A stretch of 62,707 nt of DNA, taken from Kofleriaceae bacterium. GTDB lineage: Bacteria > Myxococcota_A > Polyangia > Haliangiales > Haliangiaceae. The stretch spans positions 1-62,707 of the forward strand of contig JBKJLC010000094.1 of NCBI GenBank assembly GCA_046597055.1. The letters run 5' to 3'. The notes under the pieces are model-generated. The model saw only the letters and a list, made by a program, of their open reading frames with translations. It searched no databases and was not told where the DNA came from. Within the stretch, counting starts at the first letter, position 1; each line of letters begins with the position of its first letter. Shown piece by piece: positions 21,351-32,900 of this stretch. The position numbers and the translations under genes are program-made.

Positions 21351-22724
21351 TCAGGTGCCCGCGGAGATCGGAGCCCGGGCCGCCACCGGCAGCCGGCCGC
21401 CGGCGGCGCGCGCGCGGGCCGCGCCCTCGCGGCGCTCGCGGGCCAGGTGCCACAGGTACTCGTCGAAGTCGACCTGCATGGTGTGGCGAGCGCTGCGCAC
21501 GTAGCGGCGATGCAGCTCGAGCCGATCGTGGGCGATCGCGGCCTGCATCGCGTGGTCGTTGGGCAAGTGGTAGCGGCCGGTGGCGTAGGCGGCCAGCCAC
21601 TTGGCCTGGGCCTCCGCGATCGGCATGACCGCGCCCAGCGGCTGACACAGGCCGACGAAGAACAGATCGTCGAGGCCCGGCTTCCAGCAGCGGTGGAACA
21701 GCGGCAGATCGTTGTCGGGGGCGTCGGCGATCGCGGGGTCGAGGAACGGGAACCGGACCCGGTAGCCGGTGCACCACACGATCGCGTCGACGTCCTCGAC
21801 GGTGCCGTCGGTGAAGTGGACGCGGTGACCGTCGAGCGCGGCGATCGCGGGCTTGACCGCGAGGTCGCCGCGGCCGAGCCGCTGGGTCAGCTCGCTCGAC
21901 ACCGTCGGGTGCGCCTCGCCGAGGCGGTGATCGGGGCGGGGCAGGCCGAGCTTGGTCAGATCGCCGACCGCGATCCGATGGAACAGGCCGGCGACCGTGC
22001 GCTTGAGCTGCCACGGCGCCCAGGGCGGCAGCCGGATCGCCTCGTCGAGCGGCTTGCCGAACCAGTAGTGCGGCACGACGTGGGCGCCGCGGCGGACCGA
22101 CAGCCACACCCGCGCGGCGACGCCCTCGCGCGCGAGCTCGCACGCGATGTCCATCGCGCTGTTACCGAACCCGACCACGACCACCCGCTTGCCGCGCAGG
22201 TCGTGGGGCTCGGCGGCGTCGACGTAGTGGTGCGAGTGAAAGGCGATGCCGTCCCAGCGGCCGGGCGGGGCCGGATCGGGCCCGCGCGGATCCCAGTGGT
22301 GGCCGTTGGCGACCGCGAGCAGATCGAACCGCTCGCGGGTGCCGGCCTCGGTGGTGAGCTCCCAGCCGCCGCCGGGCCGGCGGTCGGCGCGGGCGATGCC
22401 GGTCTCGAAGCGGATCGACGAGCGCAGTCCGAAGTGGTCGACGTAGGCGTCGAAGTAGCGCGCGATCAGCGCGTGGTGTGGAAAGTCGGGGTAGTCGCGC
22501 GGCATCGGGTAGTCCGCGTACTGCATGCGATCGCGCGAGGTGTTGATGTGCAGCGAGCGATACGCCGACGACATCCCGTTCTTGTTGCGAAAGACCCAGT
22601 TACCGCCGACGCGGTCGCTCTTCTCGTAGACGACGAACGGCACGTCCGCGTCGCGCAGCGCCTTGGCGACCGGGATGCCGCTCGAGCCGGCGCCGATCAC
22701 CGCGACCCGCGGCGCGCGGGTCAC
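21351..22724 (-). CDS. Flavin-containing monooxygenase
   Basis: VAVIGAGSSG, GGNW, ANGHHW, FHSHHY, VVGFGNSAMD, CTGY. Confidence 0.92.
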   Translation of the reverse strand: MTRAPRVAVIGAGSSGIPVAKALRDADVPFVVYEKSDRVGGNWVFRNKNGMSSAYRSLHINTSRDRMQYADYPMPRDYPDFPHHALIARYFDAYVDHFGLRSSIRFETGIARADRRPGGGWELTTEAGTRERFDLLAVANGHHWDPRGPDPAPPGRWDGIAFHSHHYVDAAEPHDLRGKRVVVVGFGNSAMDIACELAREGVAARVWLSVRRGAHVVPHYWFGKPLDEAIRLPPWAPWQLKRTVAGLFHRIAVGDLTKLGLPRPDHRLGEAHPTVSSELTQRLGRGDLAVKPAIAALDGHRVHFTDGTVEDVDAIVWCTGYRVRFPFLDPAIADAPDNDLPLFHRCWKPGLDDLFFVGLCQPLGAVMPIAEAQAKWLAAYATGRYHLPNDHAMQAAIAHDRLELHRRYVRSARHTMQVDFDEYLWHLARERREGAARARAAGGRLPVAARAPISAGT

Positions 22725-23785
22725 GATCGGCCCCCGACCACCCCCTGCAGCCACGCGGCCAGGTCGTCGACCGCGGCGCGGGCGCCGTCGCAGGCCCCGA
22801 CCAGATCGATGAAGCCGTGGATGAGCGGCGCGTGGCGGCGGTACGAGACGTCGGTGGCGCCGGCGGCCAGGCGGTCGGCGTAGGCCTTGCCCTCGTCGCG
22901 CAGCGGATCGAAGCCGGCGGCCGCGATCAGCGTTGGCGGGGCGCCGGAGGCGTCGGCAACGAACAGCGGCGATGCGTCGCGGCGCGCGCTCGCGTCGGCG
23001 AGGTAGTGATCGCCGAACCACCGCATGAGCGGCAGCGTGAGGCCGTAGCCCTCGGCGAACAGCTGGCACGACGGCGACGCGAGGGTGAGATCGAGCAGCG
23101 GGTAGACCAGGAGCTGGGCGCGCGGGCGCGGCAGCGGCGACCGGCCGGGCGGCGCGGCGGCGGCCGCGGCGTGGGTGCGACGCTCGATCCAGGCGGCGAG
23201 GAAGCCGCCGAAGCTGTCGCCGCCGACCGCGACCCGGGCCGGGTCGGCGCCCCAGCGATGGGCGTTGGCGACCGCCCACGCCCACGCGGCGAGCGCGTCG
23301 TCGATCGAAGCCGGATGGGGATGCTCGGGCGCCAGTCGATACTCGACCGACGCCACCGCGCAGCGCGCGCGGTCGGCGAGGTCGCGGCAGAACGGCTCCG
23401 ACCCGGCCAGCGAGCCGATCACCCCGCCGCCGCCGTGGAACCAGAGCAGCAGCCCACCGTCGCGGCGCTCGGGAACGAAGATGCGGACCGGGATGGGACC
23501 GCCCGGCCCCGGCGCATGATCGTCGAACACGCGCGCCATCGGCGTCGGCGCCGCCTGGTACGGCTCGAACGCCGCCGATCCCGCGCGGCGGGCGCGGGCC
23601 GGGGTCATCGTCTCGAGGCGCGGGCCGACCAGGCGCTGCAGCCGGAGCCCGGCCTGCAGCTGCAGGTCGAGCTCCTGGCCGTCGATCTTCTCGGGGGCGC
23701 CGGCCAGCGCGCGCAGCATCGGCCTCGGCAGGGACGTGGCGGCACGGGCGGCGCGCCGGCGCAGGCGGACAGACAACGAGGACAT
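22721..23785 (-). CDS. Alpha/beta hydrolase (HSL-family esterase/lipase)
   Basis: HGGGG, YRLAPEHPHP, GDSFGG, DPLRDEG, HGF. Confidence 0.92.
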   Translation of the reverse strand: MSSLSVRLRRRAARAATSLPRPMLRALAGAPEKIDGQELDLQLQAGLRLQRLVGPRLETMTPARARRAGSAAFEPYQAAPTPMARVFDDHAPGPGGPIPVRIFVPERRDGGLLLWFHGGGGVIGSLAGSEPFCRDLADRARCAVASVEYRLAPEHPHPASIDDALAAWAWAVANAHRWGADPARVAVGGDSFGGFLAAWIERRTHAAAAAAPPGRSPLPRPRAQLLVYPLLDLTLASPSCQLFAEGYGLTLPLMRWFGDHYLADASARRDASPLFVADASGAPPTLIAAAGFDPLRDEGKAYADRLAAGATDVSYRRHAPLIHGFIDLVGACDGARAAVDDLAAWLQGVVGGRS

Positions 23786-23939
23786 CGCCGCGAGCTTACC
23801 CGCGCTTCGTGGGCGCCGCATCCCGGGCGCGGTCGCGCCGCGCGATGCCGGCGTGCGCATGCCGACCGGACGGCCGCTGAGCACCCGCGCTCGGACGACC
23901 TGCGCACGCTCGCGTCACACACGGCCGGGCTCGCCGAGG

Positions 23940-24398
23940 CTAGCGGCGCGGCGACGCCTTGCGGCGGCGGCCGGTGCGGGTGCGGTCGCGCTCGACCGCG
24001 GACACCCAGGTCCAGGCGCGGCCCGAGGCGGCGGCGTGCTCCGCCAGCACGCGCGCGCTCCACGTCATGTTGGTGCAGCTCATGCGGATCGAGGCGCGCT
24101 CCGCGTCGGGCTTGGCCGCGAGCCGCAGCGCGTACCAGGCCGCGCGATCGGCCGGGCCGTCGAGCGGGGTCGCCGCCGGGCAACATCGAATCCCGATCGA
24201 GCTGCCCGCCACGTCGTGCACGCGACATAGCCACGGGCGACCCGCCGGGCCCGAGGCCGGGAGCTCGACCGCCTGGACCTCCACCCGCATCGGTCGGGTC
24301 GGTCGCATCGCCCGCGCTCGCGGCGGGGGCACCTTCCGCGGCTGGGTCGGCCGGGTCGGGCGGGCCGGCCGCTCGTTCGGGGGCGTGGGAGGGGACAT
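23940..24398 (-). CDS. Hypothetical protein, weak PilZ-like pattern
   Basis: RxxxR...RVHDVAGSSIGIR loosely recalls PilZ; reading frame uncertain. Confidence 0.3.
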   Translation of the reverse strand: MSPPTPPNERPARPTRPTQPRKVPPPRARAMRPTRPMRVEVQAVELPASGPAGRPWLCRVHDVAGSSIGIRCCPAATPLDGPADRAAWYALRLAAKPDAERASIRMSCTNMTWSARVLAEHAAASGRAWTWVSAVERDRTRTGRRRKASPRR

Positions 24399-24585
24399 GA
24401 CGGGCTTCGGGTGCGCCAATGGAGCTACGGGAGTTCAATCGACCGGAACCGCGGCGCGGACAGTCCCGTTGGCCGGGAAACTCGCGCGGTCTCAGGTCGG
24501 CGTCCGTCCTACACCCCGGGCCGCCGGCGGGTCGCACCGGGCCTGGCGCGACCCTCGCCACGCGGTGCGGAAACGTGGGCGTCCG

Positions 24586-24804
24586 CTACCGGCGCTTCAG
24601 GCGGTCGGCCGGGATCAGCTCGGGCCGCGGCGAGCGCGCGACCGGATCGATGTCGGTCGAGCCGCACGCGAGGCACGCGCCGTTGAGGAGCACGTCGTGC
24701 TCGCAGTGGCCGCAGGCCAGGCAGACGCCCTCGTGGCGGGCGCGGTGCAGGCAGTCGCTGCGACCCGCGCCGGCGGTGACCGTGACGTCGGGCGGTGGCG
24801 CCAT
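24586..24804 (-). CDS. Small Cys/His-rich (zinc-binding) protein
   Basis: 72 aa with CLACGHCEH...CLACGS; starts 8 nt after the recD stop. Confidence 0.7.
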   Translation of the reverse strand: MAPPPDVTVTAGAGRSDCLHRARHEGVCLACGHCEHDVLLNGACLACGSTDIDPVARSPRPELIPADRLKRR

Positions 24805-24812
24805 GGCAGGGC

Positions 24813-26750
24813 CTAGCCGCGACGGGCCAGCGCGGCGCGCAGCCGACCGGCCAGGCCCGAGCTGCGGGTGGCCTTGCGACCGCCGGCGTCGCCGAGCAAC
24901 TTGCCGGGGCCGACCACGATCACGCTGTGCCGGGCCCTGGTGAGCGCGGTGTAGATCAGCTCGCGGGTGATGAGCGGGGTGTCGTCCTGCGGTAGCAGCA
25001 GCGCGATCTGATCGAGCTCGGAGCCCTGGCTCTTGTGCACGGTCAGCGCCCACGCCAGCTCGAGGCCGCCGCGCAGCGCGTCGATCGGGAACGGCACCAG
25101 CTCGCCGCCGCGGCGGAACACGGCCCGCCAGCGCTGCTCGCCGCCGTCGTCGCAGACCCGCGCGATCACGCCCTGATCGCCGTTGAACAGGCCGCGGTCG
25201 TAGTCGTTGCGGGTGTGGAGCACCGGCTCGCCGGGGATGAGGTCGGGGCTGCCGGTGGTGGTGACCTCGGCGAGCATGTGCGCGTGGCAGCGCGCGCTCC
25301 AGGCGTGGGCGCCGGCGTCGCCGCCGCGGGTGACGGTGAGCAGCCGCGAGGCCTCGTGGCGGGCGAGCAGGATCTCGAGCGCGTCGCCGTCGTCGCCGAC
25401 CCAGCGCCCGGCCTGCCGGCGGTACTCGCGCGCGGCCAGCTCGCCGACCGCGGCGCGGCGCAGCTCCCACCAGTGATCGACGAACCGCCCGGTCGCCGGC
25501 AGATCGGCCTCGAGGCGCTCGACCCCGACGCCGCTGACGTCGCGCGCTTGCAGCCGGGTGACCGCCAGGCGCTCGGCCCCGGTCGCGGCCAGCTTGCGCG
25601 CGTGCCCGCTCCACACCGCGTTGGCGGCGGCCAGCACCGCGCTGCCGCCGCGGGTGCCGGCGTCCATGCGGAAGCTGTGGGTCAGCCGCGCCGCCCACGG
25701 CGCGTCACCGGCGGCCTCGAGCAGATCGGCGAGCACCTGGCCGGCGTCGACCGACGGCAGCTGGTGCGGATCGCCGAGCAGGACCAGCCGGGTGTCGGGC
25801 AGGAGCGCGCGGCCGAGCCGCTCCATCAGGGCGAGGTCGATCATCGACGCCTCGTCGACGATCACGGCGCGCGCCGGCAGCGGGTTGGCGTCGCCGTGGC
25901 GGAAGCCACCGCCGGGCTGGAAGCCGAGCAGCCGGTGCAGCGTGGTCGCGCGCGGCGCCGCCGCCGCCAGCGCCGGCTCGGCCCCGCGCAGCGCGGCGGC
26001 CAGCGCTTCGCTCATCCGGTTCGCGGCCTTGCCGGTCGGCGCGGCCAGCGCGACGTCGTCGAGGGTGAGCCCGAGCCGCAGGAGGGCGCGCACCATCGCG
26101 GCCAGGGTCGCGGTCTTGCCGGTGCCGGGGCCGCCGGTGACCACCGACAGCGCGAACCGACAGGCGGCGGTCGCGGCGGCGGCCTGCTCGTCGCTGAGCG
26201 GGCCGCGGACCTCGGCGACCGCGGCGGCGGCGCTGGCCTCGGTGCACACCTCGAGCCCGGCCCGGGCCGACAGCTGGGTCGCCAGCCGATCCTCGAGCCA
26301 CCACAGCCGGTGCGGATAGACCGCGCCGTCGTCCTCGATCAGCGGGCGCGACTCCTCGCCATGCGGCGGCGCGCCGATCACGCCTTGCAGGCTGCCGACC
26401 TGGGTGCGGACCTGGGCCAGCACCCGGCGGGCATCGAGCTCCTTGTCGAGGTTCGACGCGACCAGCACCTGGGTGCACAGCGCGGCGCCCGGGCCTTTCG
26501 GATCGAGCGGCAGCCGGGTCGAGCCCTGCCGGGTCGCCAGCAGGAGCGCGAGCACGAACACGCCGAACGCGCGCCGGTCGCTGTCGGTCATCTGCGGGTT
26601 CCACGACACCAGCTCCTCGGCCAGGTACAGCCCCTGGTCGCCGAGGTCACACCGCGCGGCGCCGATGCCGAGCTGACGGAAGAACCGGTCGGCGTCGTCG
26701 CCGGCGAACTTGCGGCGCACCGCGCCCAGCGGGGACAGCGGGATGGTCAC
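24813..26750 (-). CDS. recD: Exodeoxyribonuclease V alpha subunit
   Basis: GGPGTGKT, APTGKAA, TLHRLLG, VDEASM, GDPHQLPSV, NGDQG, TVHKSQGSE, YTALTRAR. Confidence 0.95.
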   Translation of the reverse strand: MTIPLSPLGAVRRKFAGDDADRFFRQLGIGAARCDLGDQGLYLAEELVSWNPQMTDSDRRAFGVFVLALLLATRQGSTRLPLDPKGPGAALCTQVLVASNLDKELDARRVLAQVRTQVGSLQGVIGAPPHGEESRPLIEDDGAVYPHRLWWLEDRLATQLSARAGLEVCTEASAAAAVAEVRGPLSDEQAAAATAACRFALSVVTGGPGTGKTATLAAMVRALLRLGLTLDDVALAAPTGKAANRMSEALAAALRGAEPALAAAAPRATTLHRLLGFQPGGGFRHGDANPLPARAVIVDEASMIDLALMERLGRALLPDTRLVLLGDPHQLPSVDAGQVLADLLEAAGDAPWAARLTHSFRMDAGTRGGSAVLAAANAVWSGHARKLAATGAERLAVTRLQARDVSGVGVERLEADLPATGRFVDHWWELRRAAVGELAAREYRRQAGRWVGDDGDALEILLARHEASRLLTVTRGGDAGAHAWSARCHAHMLAEVTTTGSPDLIPGEPVLHTRNDYDRGLFNGDQGVIARVCDDGGEQRWRAVFRRGGELVPFPIDALRGGLELAWALTVHKSQGSELDQIALLLPQDDTPLITRELIYTALTRARHSVIVVGPGKLLGDAGGRKATRSSGLAGRLRAALARRG

Positions 26751-29700
26751 GCGAAGTCTCCTCGCGCGAGGTCGAGCTGGTACCCCGCGAGCTGCTCGGC
26801 GGTCGGCGCCAGGTGGATGATCTGCTGGGTGCGCAGGAACCAGTAGAGCAGGCCGCCGAACCGGGCCGCGTGGTCGGACGGGCTCTGCACCCGCAGCATG
26901 CGGGTGCACGCGATCGCGTACAGGCGGGCCTGCAGCGCGTAGTGCTCGTCGACGTGGCGCGACGCCGCCTCGCGGCCGAAGTCGATCACGTCGCTCTTGT
27001 AGTCGATGACGAACCAGCGCTCGTCGATGCCCGGCCACGCGACCAGCAGGTCGATGAAGCCCTTCACGTAGCCGCGGCCGCGCGGCTTGCCGGGCGCGTC
27101 CGGGATCGGGAACACGAATTCGACCTCGGGCGCGAGCCGGGTCGCCTGCCCGAGCGGTGGCAGCCGCAGCGCCCCGGCCTGGATGTCGGTGGTGAGGGTC
27201 CGGTGCAGCATCGCCGCGGCGCGGGGCCGGTGGCTCGGGTCGAGCCCGTGGCGACGCTCGGCGGCGGCGAACAGCGCGGTCACCGCCGGCTCGGCCAGCC
27301 AGGTGGTGGCGTCGGGCGCGGCCAGCGCGGCCGCGAAGTCGGCGTGCTCGAGCACCTCGTGCAGCAGCACGCCGGTGGCGGCACCGCCCGGCAGATCGCC
27401 GGGCGCCGGCGCGATCCGGCTGCGATCGTCGCCGGTCATCTCGGTGGCCTCGATCTCGCCGAGCCCGCGGCGGGCGGCGGCGGCGTGCTTCATCCGCGTG
27501 TACGACGTCACCACGAAGCCGACCCGCTCGATCGCGACCCGGGGCAGCTCGGGCGGCGGCGGCGGCAGGCGCACCGCGCGCAGGTCGAGCGGCCGACCGA
27601 CCGCGGTCGCCACTGGCCACGCGTCGATCGCCACCCCGGCCTGGTCGGCCCCACCGGGCGCACACAGCGCGTCGAGGTTGTCGTGGATCGTCGCGTAGGG
27701 CCCGTGCAGGCCGCTGCTCACCGACTTCACCGGCTTGACCTTGGCCTTGCTGGTCTTCGCGCACAGGAGCGGCAGGTAGACCCGGGCCCGGGCGCGGGTG
27801 AGCGCGACGTACGCGACCCGCTTGTGCTCGTCGCGCTGCTCGGCGGCGGCGAGCTCGGTGTGCGGATCGTCGCCGTTCTTCACCGCGATCCGGCGGTGGC
27901 CGTGCTCGTCGTGGAAGGTCAGCATCGGTTCGTTGCGCTTGGAGAACGCGACCAGCCCGGCGATGAAGACCACCCACGCCTCCAGGCCCTTGGCCCGGTG
28001 CGCGGTCATGACCTGCACCGCGGCGCGGTCGGTCTCCTGGCGCTGGGCGTCGGACTCGTCGGGGCGATCGAGGCCGGCCGACCGGATCCAGCCGCGCAGG
28101 CGGCTGACCAGCTCGGGCAGCTCGCACCGGCTGCGCTCGACCTCGGCGTGCAGGTGCTCGAACACGTGGGCGATGTTGGTGACGGTGCGCTCGCCGCGCC
28201 CGGTCGCCAGCGCGCGCTCGGCGACCCGGCTCTCGGCCAGGATGCAGGCGAACAGCCGCGGGTAGTCCATGCGGGCGGCCAGCCCGCGCCAGTCGTGCAG
28301 GCGCGCGGCCAGCACGTGATCGTCGGGGACGTCGAGCGCGCGGCCGAGGTCGTCGGGATCGACGTCGAAGAAGCCGGTCATCCACGCCCGCAGCCGCGCG
28401 GTGCGATCGCGCGGGTGGGCGATCGCGTCGAGCAGGTCGGCGACGTCGCGGGCCTCGCCGGTGGCGAACAGGTGCTCGGCCCGGGCCAGCGCGCACGGCA
28501 CGCCGCGCCGGCGGATCGCCTCGGCGATGTCGAGCGCGTCGTCGTTGGTGCGGGTCAGCACCAGGATGTCGCCGGCGCCGACCACGTGCGGTGGGTCGCT
28601 GCCGCGCACGCCGACGATGCGATGGGCCGGATCGCGGACCAGGCGCGCGATCTCGTCGGCGATCGCCTCGGCGACCGTGCTCTTGAAGACGCCCGAGCTC
28701 GGGAACTCGGTGAAGCGCAGCACCGCCAGCGGCGCCAGCGGCCGGCCGTCGGCCCAGGCCGCGGTGACCCGCCCGGTCGCGATGACCGGGTGCTGGTAGC
28801 CAATCTGGCCGGGGCCGCCCGGGAACAGCGGCCGCGGCCGGGTCAGGATCGTGTTGACCGTGTCGATCACGGCGGTGGTCGAGCGCTGACACACCGCCAG
28901 GTCGACCCGCGCGGCGCCGCGCGCGGTCAGCTCGCCGATGGCCTCGAGGTAGGTGTGCACGTCGCCGCCGCGGAACGAGTAGATCGCCTGCTTGGGGTCG
29001 CCGACCACGGTGAGCCCGGTGGTGAGCCCGGGCGCGGTCCCGCGCGCCGGCGCCCAGATGGTCCGGAAGATCCGCCACTGCAGCGGGTCGGTGTCCTGGA
29101 ACTCGTCGATCAGCGCGTAGGGATGGCGCTCGGCGATCCGGCGGGCCAGCGGCGCGCCCGCGGGGCCGGTCACCGCGGCCTCGGTCAGCCGCAAGAGATC
29201 CTGGAAGTCGAGCTGGCCGTCGCGGCGCTTGCAGTGATCGGCGCGGCGCACCACCTCGGCGCACACCCGCGGCACCAGCTGCTGGGCCGGGTTGGCGGCC
29301 GGCCCGGGCTCGGCGATCTCGGCGCCCGAGCGGTAGACCCGCAGCACCAGCTCGAACAGATCGTCGACGCTGCGATCGGTGTCGAGGTAGGCCTTCAGGA
29401 GCACGCGCTCGTCGGGATCGAGCGCGAACCGGTCGCGCAGGGCCGAGGTGAACGCCGCCCGCAGCGCGGCCTCGTCGGGGACCTGGATCTGATCGAAGCG
29501 GCGCCGGGCCGCGAACGACTCCTCGGCCAGCACTCGCTGGCAGAAGCCGTGGATCGTGCTGATCGGCGCGCCGTCGAAGCCGTCGAGCGCGGCGCGCAGC
29601 CGGGCCCGGGCGTCGTCGTCGATGACCCACACGTGGGCCGGATCGGCATCCGGCGGCGCCGGATCGGGCTGGCCGTGGACCAGCCGGGCCAGCAGCGCCC

Positions 29701-29908
29701 GCACCCGCGCGCGCAGCTCGGTGGTCGCCTTGTCGGTGAACGTGACCACCACGATCTGATCGATGGTGGCCCCCGCGTTCAGCACCAGATCGACCACGCG
29801 GCGCTCGAGGAACCAGGTCTTGCCGGTCCCGGCCGACGCCTCGACCACCATCAGCGGCGCGCGCGCGTCGCCCAGGATGTCGGGCCGATGCCAGCGGACG
29901 GTGGTCAC
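26747..29908 (-). CDS. recB: Exodeoxyribonuclease V beta subunit
   Basis: EASAGTGKT, STIHGFC, IDEFQDTD, GDPKQAIY, YVALTRAR, nuclease GFIDL...IDYKS. Confidence 0.95.
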   Translation of the reverse strand: MTTVRWHRPDILGDARAPLMVVEASAGTGKTWFLERRVVDLVLNAGATIDQIVVVTFTDKATTELRARVRALLARLVHGQPDPAPPDADPAHVWVIDDDARARLRAALDGFDGAPISTIHGFCQRVLAEESFAARRRFDQIQVPDEAALRAAFTSALRDRFALDPDERVLLKAYLDTDRSVDDLFELVLRVYRSGAEIAEPGPAANPAQQLVPRVCAEVVRRADHCKRRDGQLDFQDLLRLTEAAVTGPAGAPLARRIAERHPYALIDEFQDTDPLQWRIFRTIWAPARGTAPGLTTGLTVVGDPKQAIYSFRGGDVHTYLEAIGELTARGAARVDLAVCQRSTTAVIDTVNTILTRPRPLFPGGPGQIGYQHPVIATGRVTAAWADGRPLAPLAVLRFTEFPSSGVFKSTVAEAIADEIARLVRDPAHRIVGVRGSDPPHVVGAGDILVLTRTNDDALDIAEAIRRRGVPCALARAEHLFATGEARDVADLLDAIAHPRDRTARLRAWMTGFFDVDPDDLGRALDVPDDHVLAARLHDWRGLAARMDYPRLFACILAESRVAERALATGRGERTVTNIAHVFEHLHAEVERSRCELPELVSRLRGWIRSAGLDRPDESDAQRQETDRAAVQVMTAHRAKGLEAWVVFIAGLVAFSKRNEPMLTFHDEHGHRRIAVKNGDDPHTELAAAEQRDEHKRVAYVALTRARARVYLPLLCAKTSKAKVKPVKSVSSGLHGPYATIHDNLDALCAPGGADQAGVAIDAWPVATAVGRPLDLRAVRLPPPPPELPRVAIERVGFVVTSYTRMKHAAAARRGLGEIEATEMTGDDRSRIAPAPGDLPGGAATGVLLHEVLEHADFAAALAAPDATTWLAEPAVTALFAAAERRHGLDPSHRPRAAAMLHRTLTTDIQAGALRLPPLGQATRLAPEVEFVFPIPDAPGKPRGRGYVKGFIDLLVAWPGIDERWFVIDYKSDVIDFGREAASRHVDEHYALQARLYAIACTRMLRVQSPSDHAARFGGLLYWFLRTQQIIHLAPTAEQLAGYQLDLARGDFA

Positions 29909-32900
29909 GCCGACTCCTTGTGATAGCGCGACCACAGCGGGCCGATCCTGCGCATGCCAAGGCTGGCCGCATCCGGCGCGGCCTCGAGTTCGCGCTGCGG
30001 CATTGGCCCGTACCCGAACGAGCCGGGACGGCCGTCGGCGCTCTCCTGGACCCGGGGCGGCTTGCCCTCGAAGCTGTCGACCGACATGTCGAGCGACAGC
30101 AGGTAGTCGTGTCCGGCGCCGAGCAGATCGCCGACCAGCAGCGTCAGGTGGGCGCGGGCCGCCTCGGGCTCCCAGCGCTCGTGACGCGCCACCTCGACCA
30201 GGTGCTTGCCGCGGCCGCCGAGCAAGAGGTGCTTCATCCCGAACCGGAACCGGCCGGCCGCGGCGAGCACCAGATGGTCGAAGGCGGCGCGCAGCACGTG
30301 CCGCGGCGACAGGCTGCCGGGCGCCAGGACCAGCGAGCCAGCGTGCTCGCCCCACGGGCTGGTGGTGCCGACGATCTCGACCAGGCGCGGCCCCCCCGGG
30401 GTCGCGACCTCGAGCCGCACCGGCGGCAGCAGCTCGGCCTTCTCGCGCGGGGTCTTGCCGAGGCCGAACACGGTGAAGGTCTGGTCGCGACCGCCGTGAC
30501 GATCGAGCTCGGCTGCCCACGTGCGCACCAGCGCGTCGAGCCGGGGCCGGGTCGCCTCGGCGAACACGCCGACCGGCACCTTGCCGCCGAGCTGCAGGCG
30601 CTCCCAGGTGCGGACCAGCGCGTCGTCGAGCGGCTCGCCGGCCAGGTAGCGCGCGAACGCGGCGCGCACCACCGTGCTGCGCTCGAGCGGGCCCAGCGCC
30701 AGCGGCTCCTCGTCGCGGTCGGCCAGGCCCTCGTCGTCGTCGTCCTCCTCGAGGCGTAGCACCGCCTGGGCCCAGCCCTGCGGCGCCGACTCGAGGAACC
30801 GGCGCAGCGCGGTGATGCGCAGCACCAGCGGGGCGTCGTCGCTGGTCGGGCGCAGATCGCGGCCGAGCCCGACCCCGAGCGCGCTGGCGTACGAGCGCAG
30901 CGCGTCGTCGGACGACAGCGTGCGGCGCAGGTCGCGCGGGCTCGGCACCGCGGCGCCGGTGTCGGCCGCGGCTTCCTCGACCGCGGCCCGGATGCCAGCC
31001 GCGTGGCGCTCGCGGGTGGTGGTGGCGGCCGCCGACCGCGGCAGCGCGGCGTCGTAGTCGGGCGCGAACCGGTGGAGCGGATGGCGCTCGGTCATCGTCG
31101 CGAGCGCAGCCTCGGGCGACACGCCCAGGTACGGCGCCAGCATCTCGGCCAGCTCGTGCAGCACCGTCGACGGCATCCGCGCCTCGCCGCTCACCGGCTC
31201 GCGCGCCACGTACGACAGGTACAGCCGCTCGCGCGCCGCCAGCGCGGTCTCGAGGAAGCCATAGCGGTCGCGATCGCGGGCGCCGACGTCGTGCTTGCGC
31301 CGATCGCGCCGCAGGTCGAGCGCGGCCGGCCGGTCGCTGGCCGGGAAGTCGTCCTCGCCCAGCCCGACCGCGAAGATCACGCGGAACGGCAGCGGCCGGT
31401 GCGGCGTGAGCCGGGCGACGTGCACGCCGTGCGCGAGCGGCTCGCCGCGATCGCCGCGGACCCGGTCGAGCCGCCGGTGGGCGAGCTCGGCGAGCTCGCG
31501 GTAGTCGAGCTCGCGGCCGTCGAGGTCGAGCTCGGCCAGGTCGGCCAGGATCGCGCGGACCCGGCCCAGCTCGGCGACGCCGGTCGCGCCCCGGCCGCCG
31601 AGGTACGCCTCGCACAGCGCGTCGAGGATCTGCGCCCACGTCGCCAGCGGCTGGCGCTCGCGGCGCAGCCAGCGGGCGTCGGCGATCAACGAGCGCGCCA
31701 GCAGCGCGAAGGTCGCGGCCGAGGCCTGATCGTCGGAGCCGACCTCCTCCGGCAGGTAGGTGCGGTTGGCCAGCCGCGCGATGGTGTCGGCGTCCGACGT
31801 GCGCGAGGCCATGAACGCGCCGAGCGCCAGCCGGCGCAGGCCCTGCTCCCAGTGGAAGTGATCGGCGGCGGCGAGATAGGTACCGGCGTGGTCCTCGTGA
31901 TCGGCGCCGTGCACGATGCCGAGCGCGTCGGCCCAGCGGACCCAGTCGGCCGGGTCGACGTGAGGGTGTCGGGCCTGGACGGCCGGGTGGGTCATGAGGC
32001 CGAGCAGCTCGGGCCGACGAAAGCTGCCGAGCGGCAGCGCGAGCAGCAGCTGGGCCGCCTCCACCACGTGGCCGTGGCCGACCGCCGGCACGTCGACGAC
32101 GTGGTACGGCACCTCGAGGCCGCCGAACACCGCCGGCAGCTGCGCGAGGTACGGCTCGGTCGCGCCCGGCGGCAGCAGCACCGCGATGTCGCTGGCGGCC
32201 AGGGTCGGGTCGGCCGCGCATAGCCGGACGATCTCGCTGGCGACGATCTCGAGCTCGCGCGCCGGCGACGGACACGCCAGCACCTCGACCCCGCTGCGGG
32301 TCGCGCGGCGGGGGTCGGCGGCGTCGGGCGCGGCCCGGACCAGGGTGTCGAACGCCCACAGGTCGCGCGCGCTGGGCCGGACGCCCTCGGGCAGCGGATC
32401 GAGGAAGCGGTCGTCGATGTCGCCCTCGGACAGCTCGGCGAGGGTCGACAGATGATCGCGACCGGGCGAGCCCCAGCGCATGAGCGCCGGAGGATCCTCG
32501 GCCGCCTTGGCCTGCGGGCCACCCGCGCGGGGCGGCCGGCGCCGGGTCCGGGCGACGTCGCCCCAGTACTCGGCGCACGGCGACAGGGCCAGCACGATCA
32601 CGTCGCGCGCGGTCGCGAGGTACGCCAGCGCGTCGAGGTACGCCCGCGGCAAGAAGCCGAAACCGGCCACGATGATCGGCGGACCCGCCGGCGCGGCCAG
32701 GCCGGCGTGATGGCGCGCGACCGCCAGCCGCGGCGTCACCACCCAGCGCCGGCCCTCGGGCGTGGTGAGCCCGCGCAGGTGCCCGGTCACCGCCTGCCAC
32801 AGCCGGGCCTGCCAGGCGGCCAGCGCGGTGTCGCTGGTGCCGAGCTCGGCGGCGCCGCCGCGCTCCCACGCCTCCAGCCAGTCGGGGCGGGTCAGCGCGT

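Noticed and set aside
21351..23785. Esterase-FMO pair as a novel pathway
   Set aside because: Monooxygenase/esterase pairing is a common catabolic arrangement
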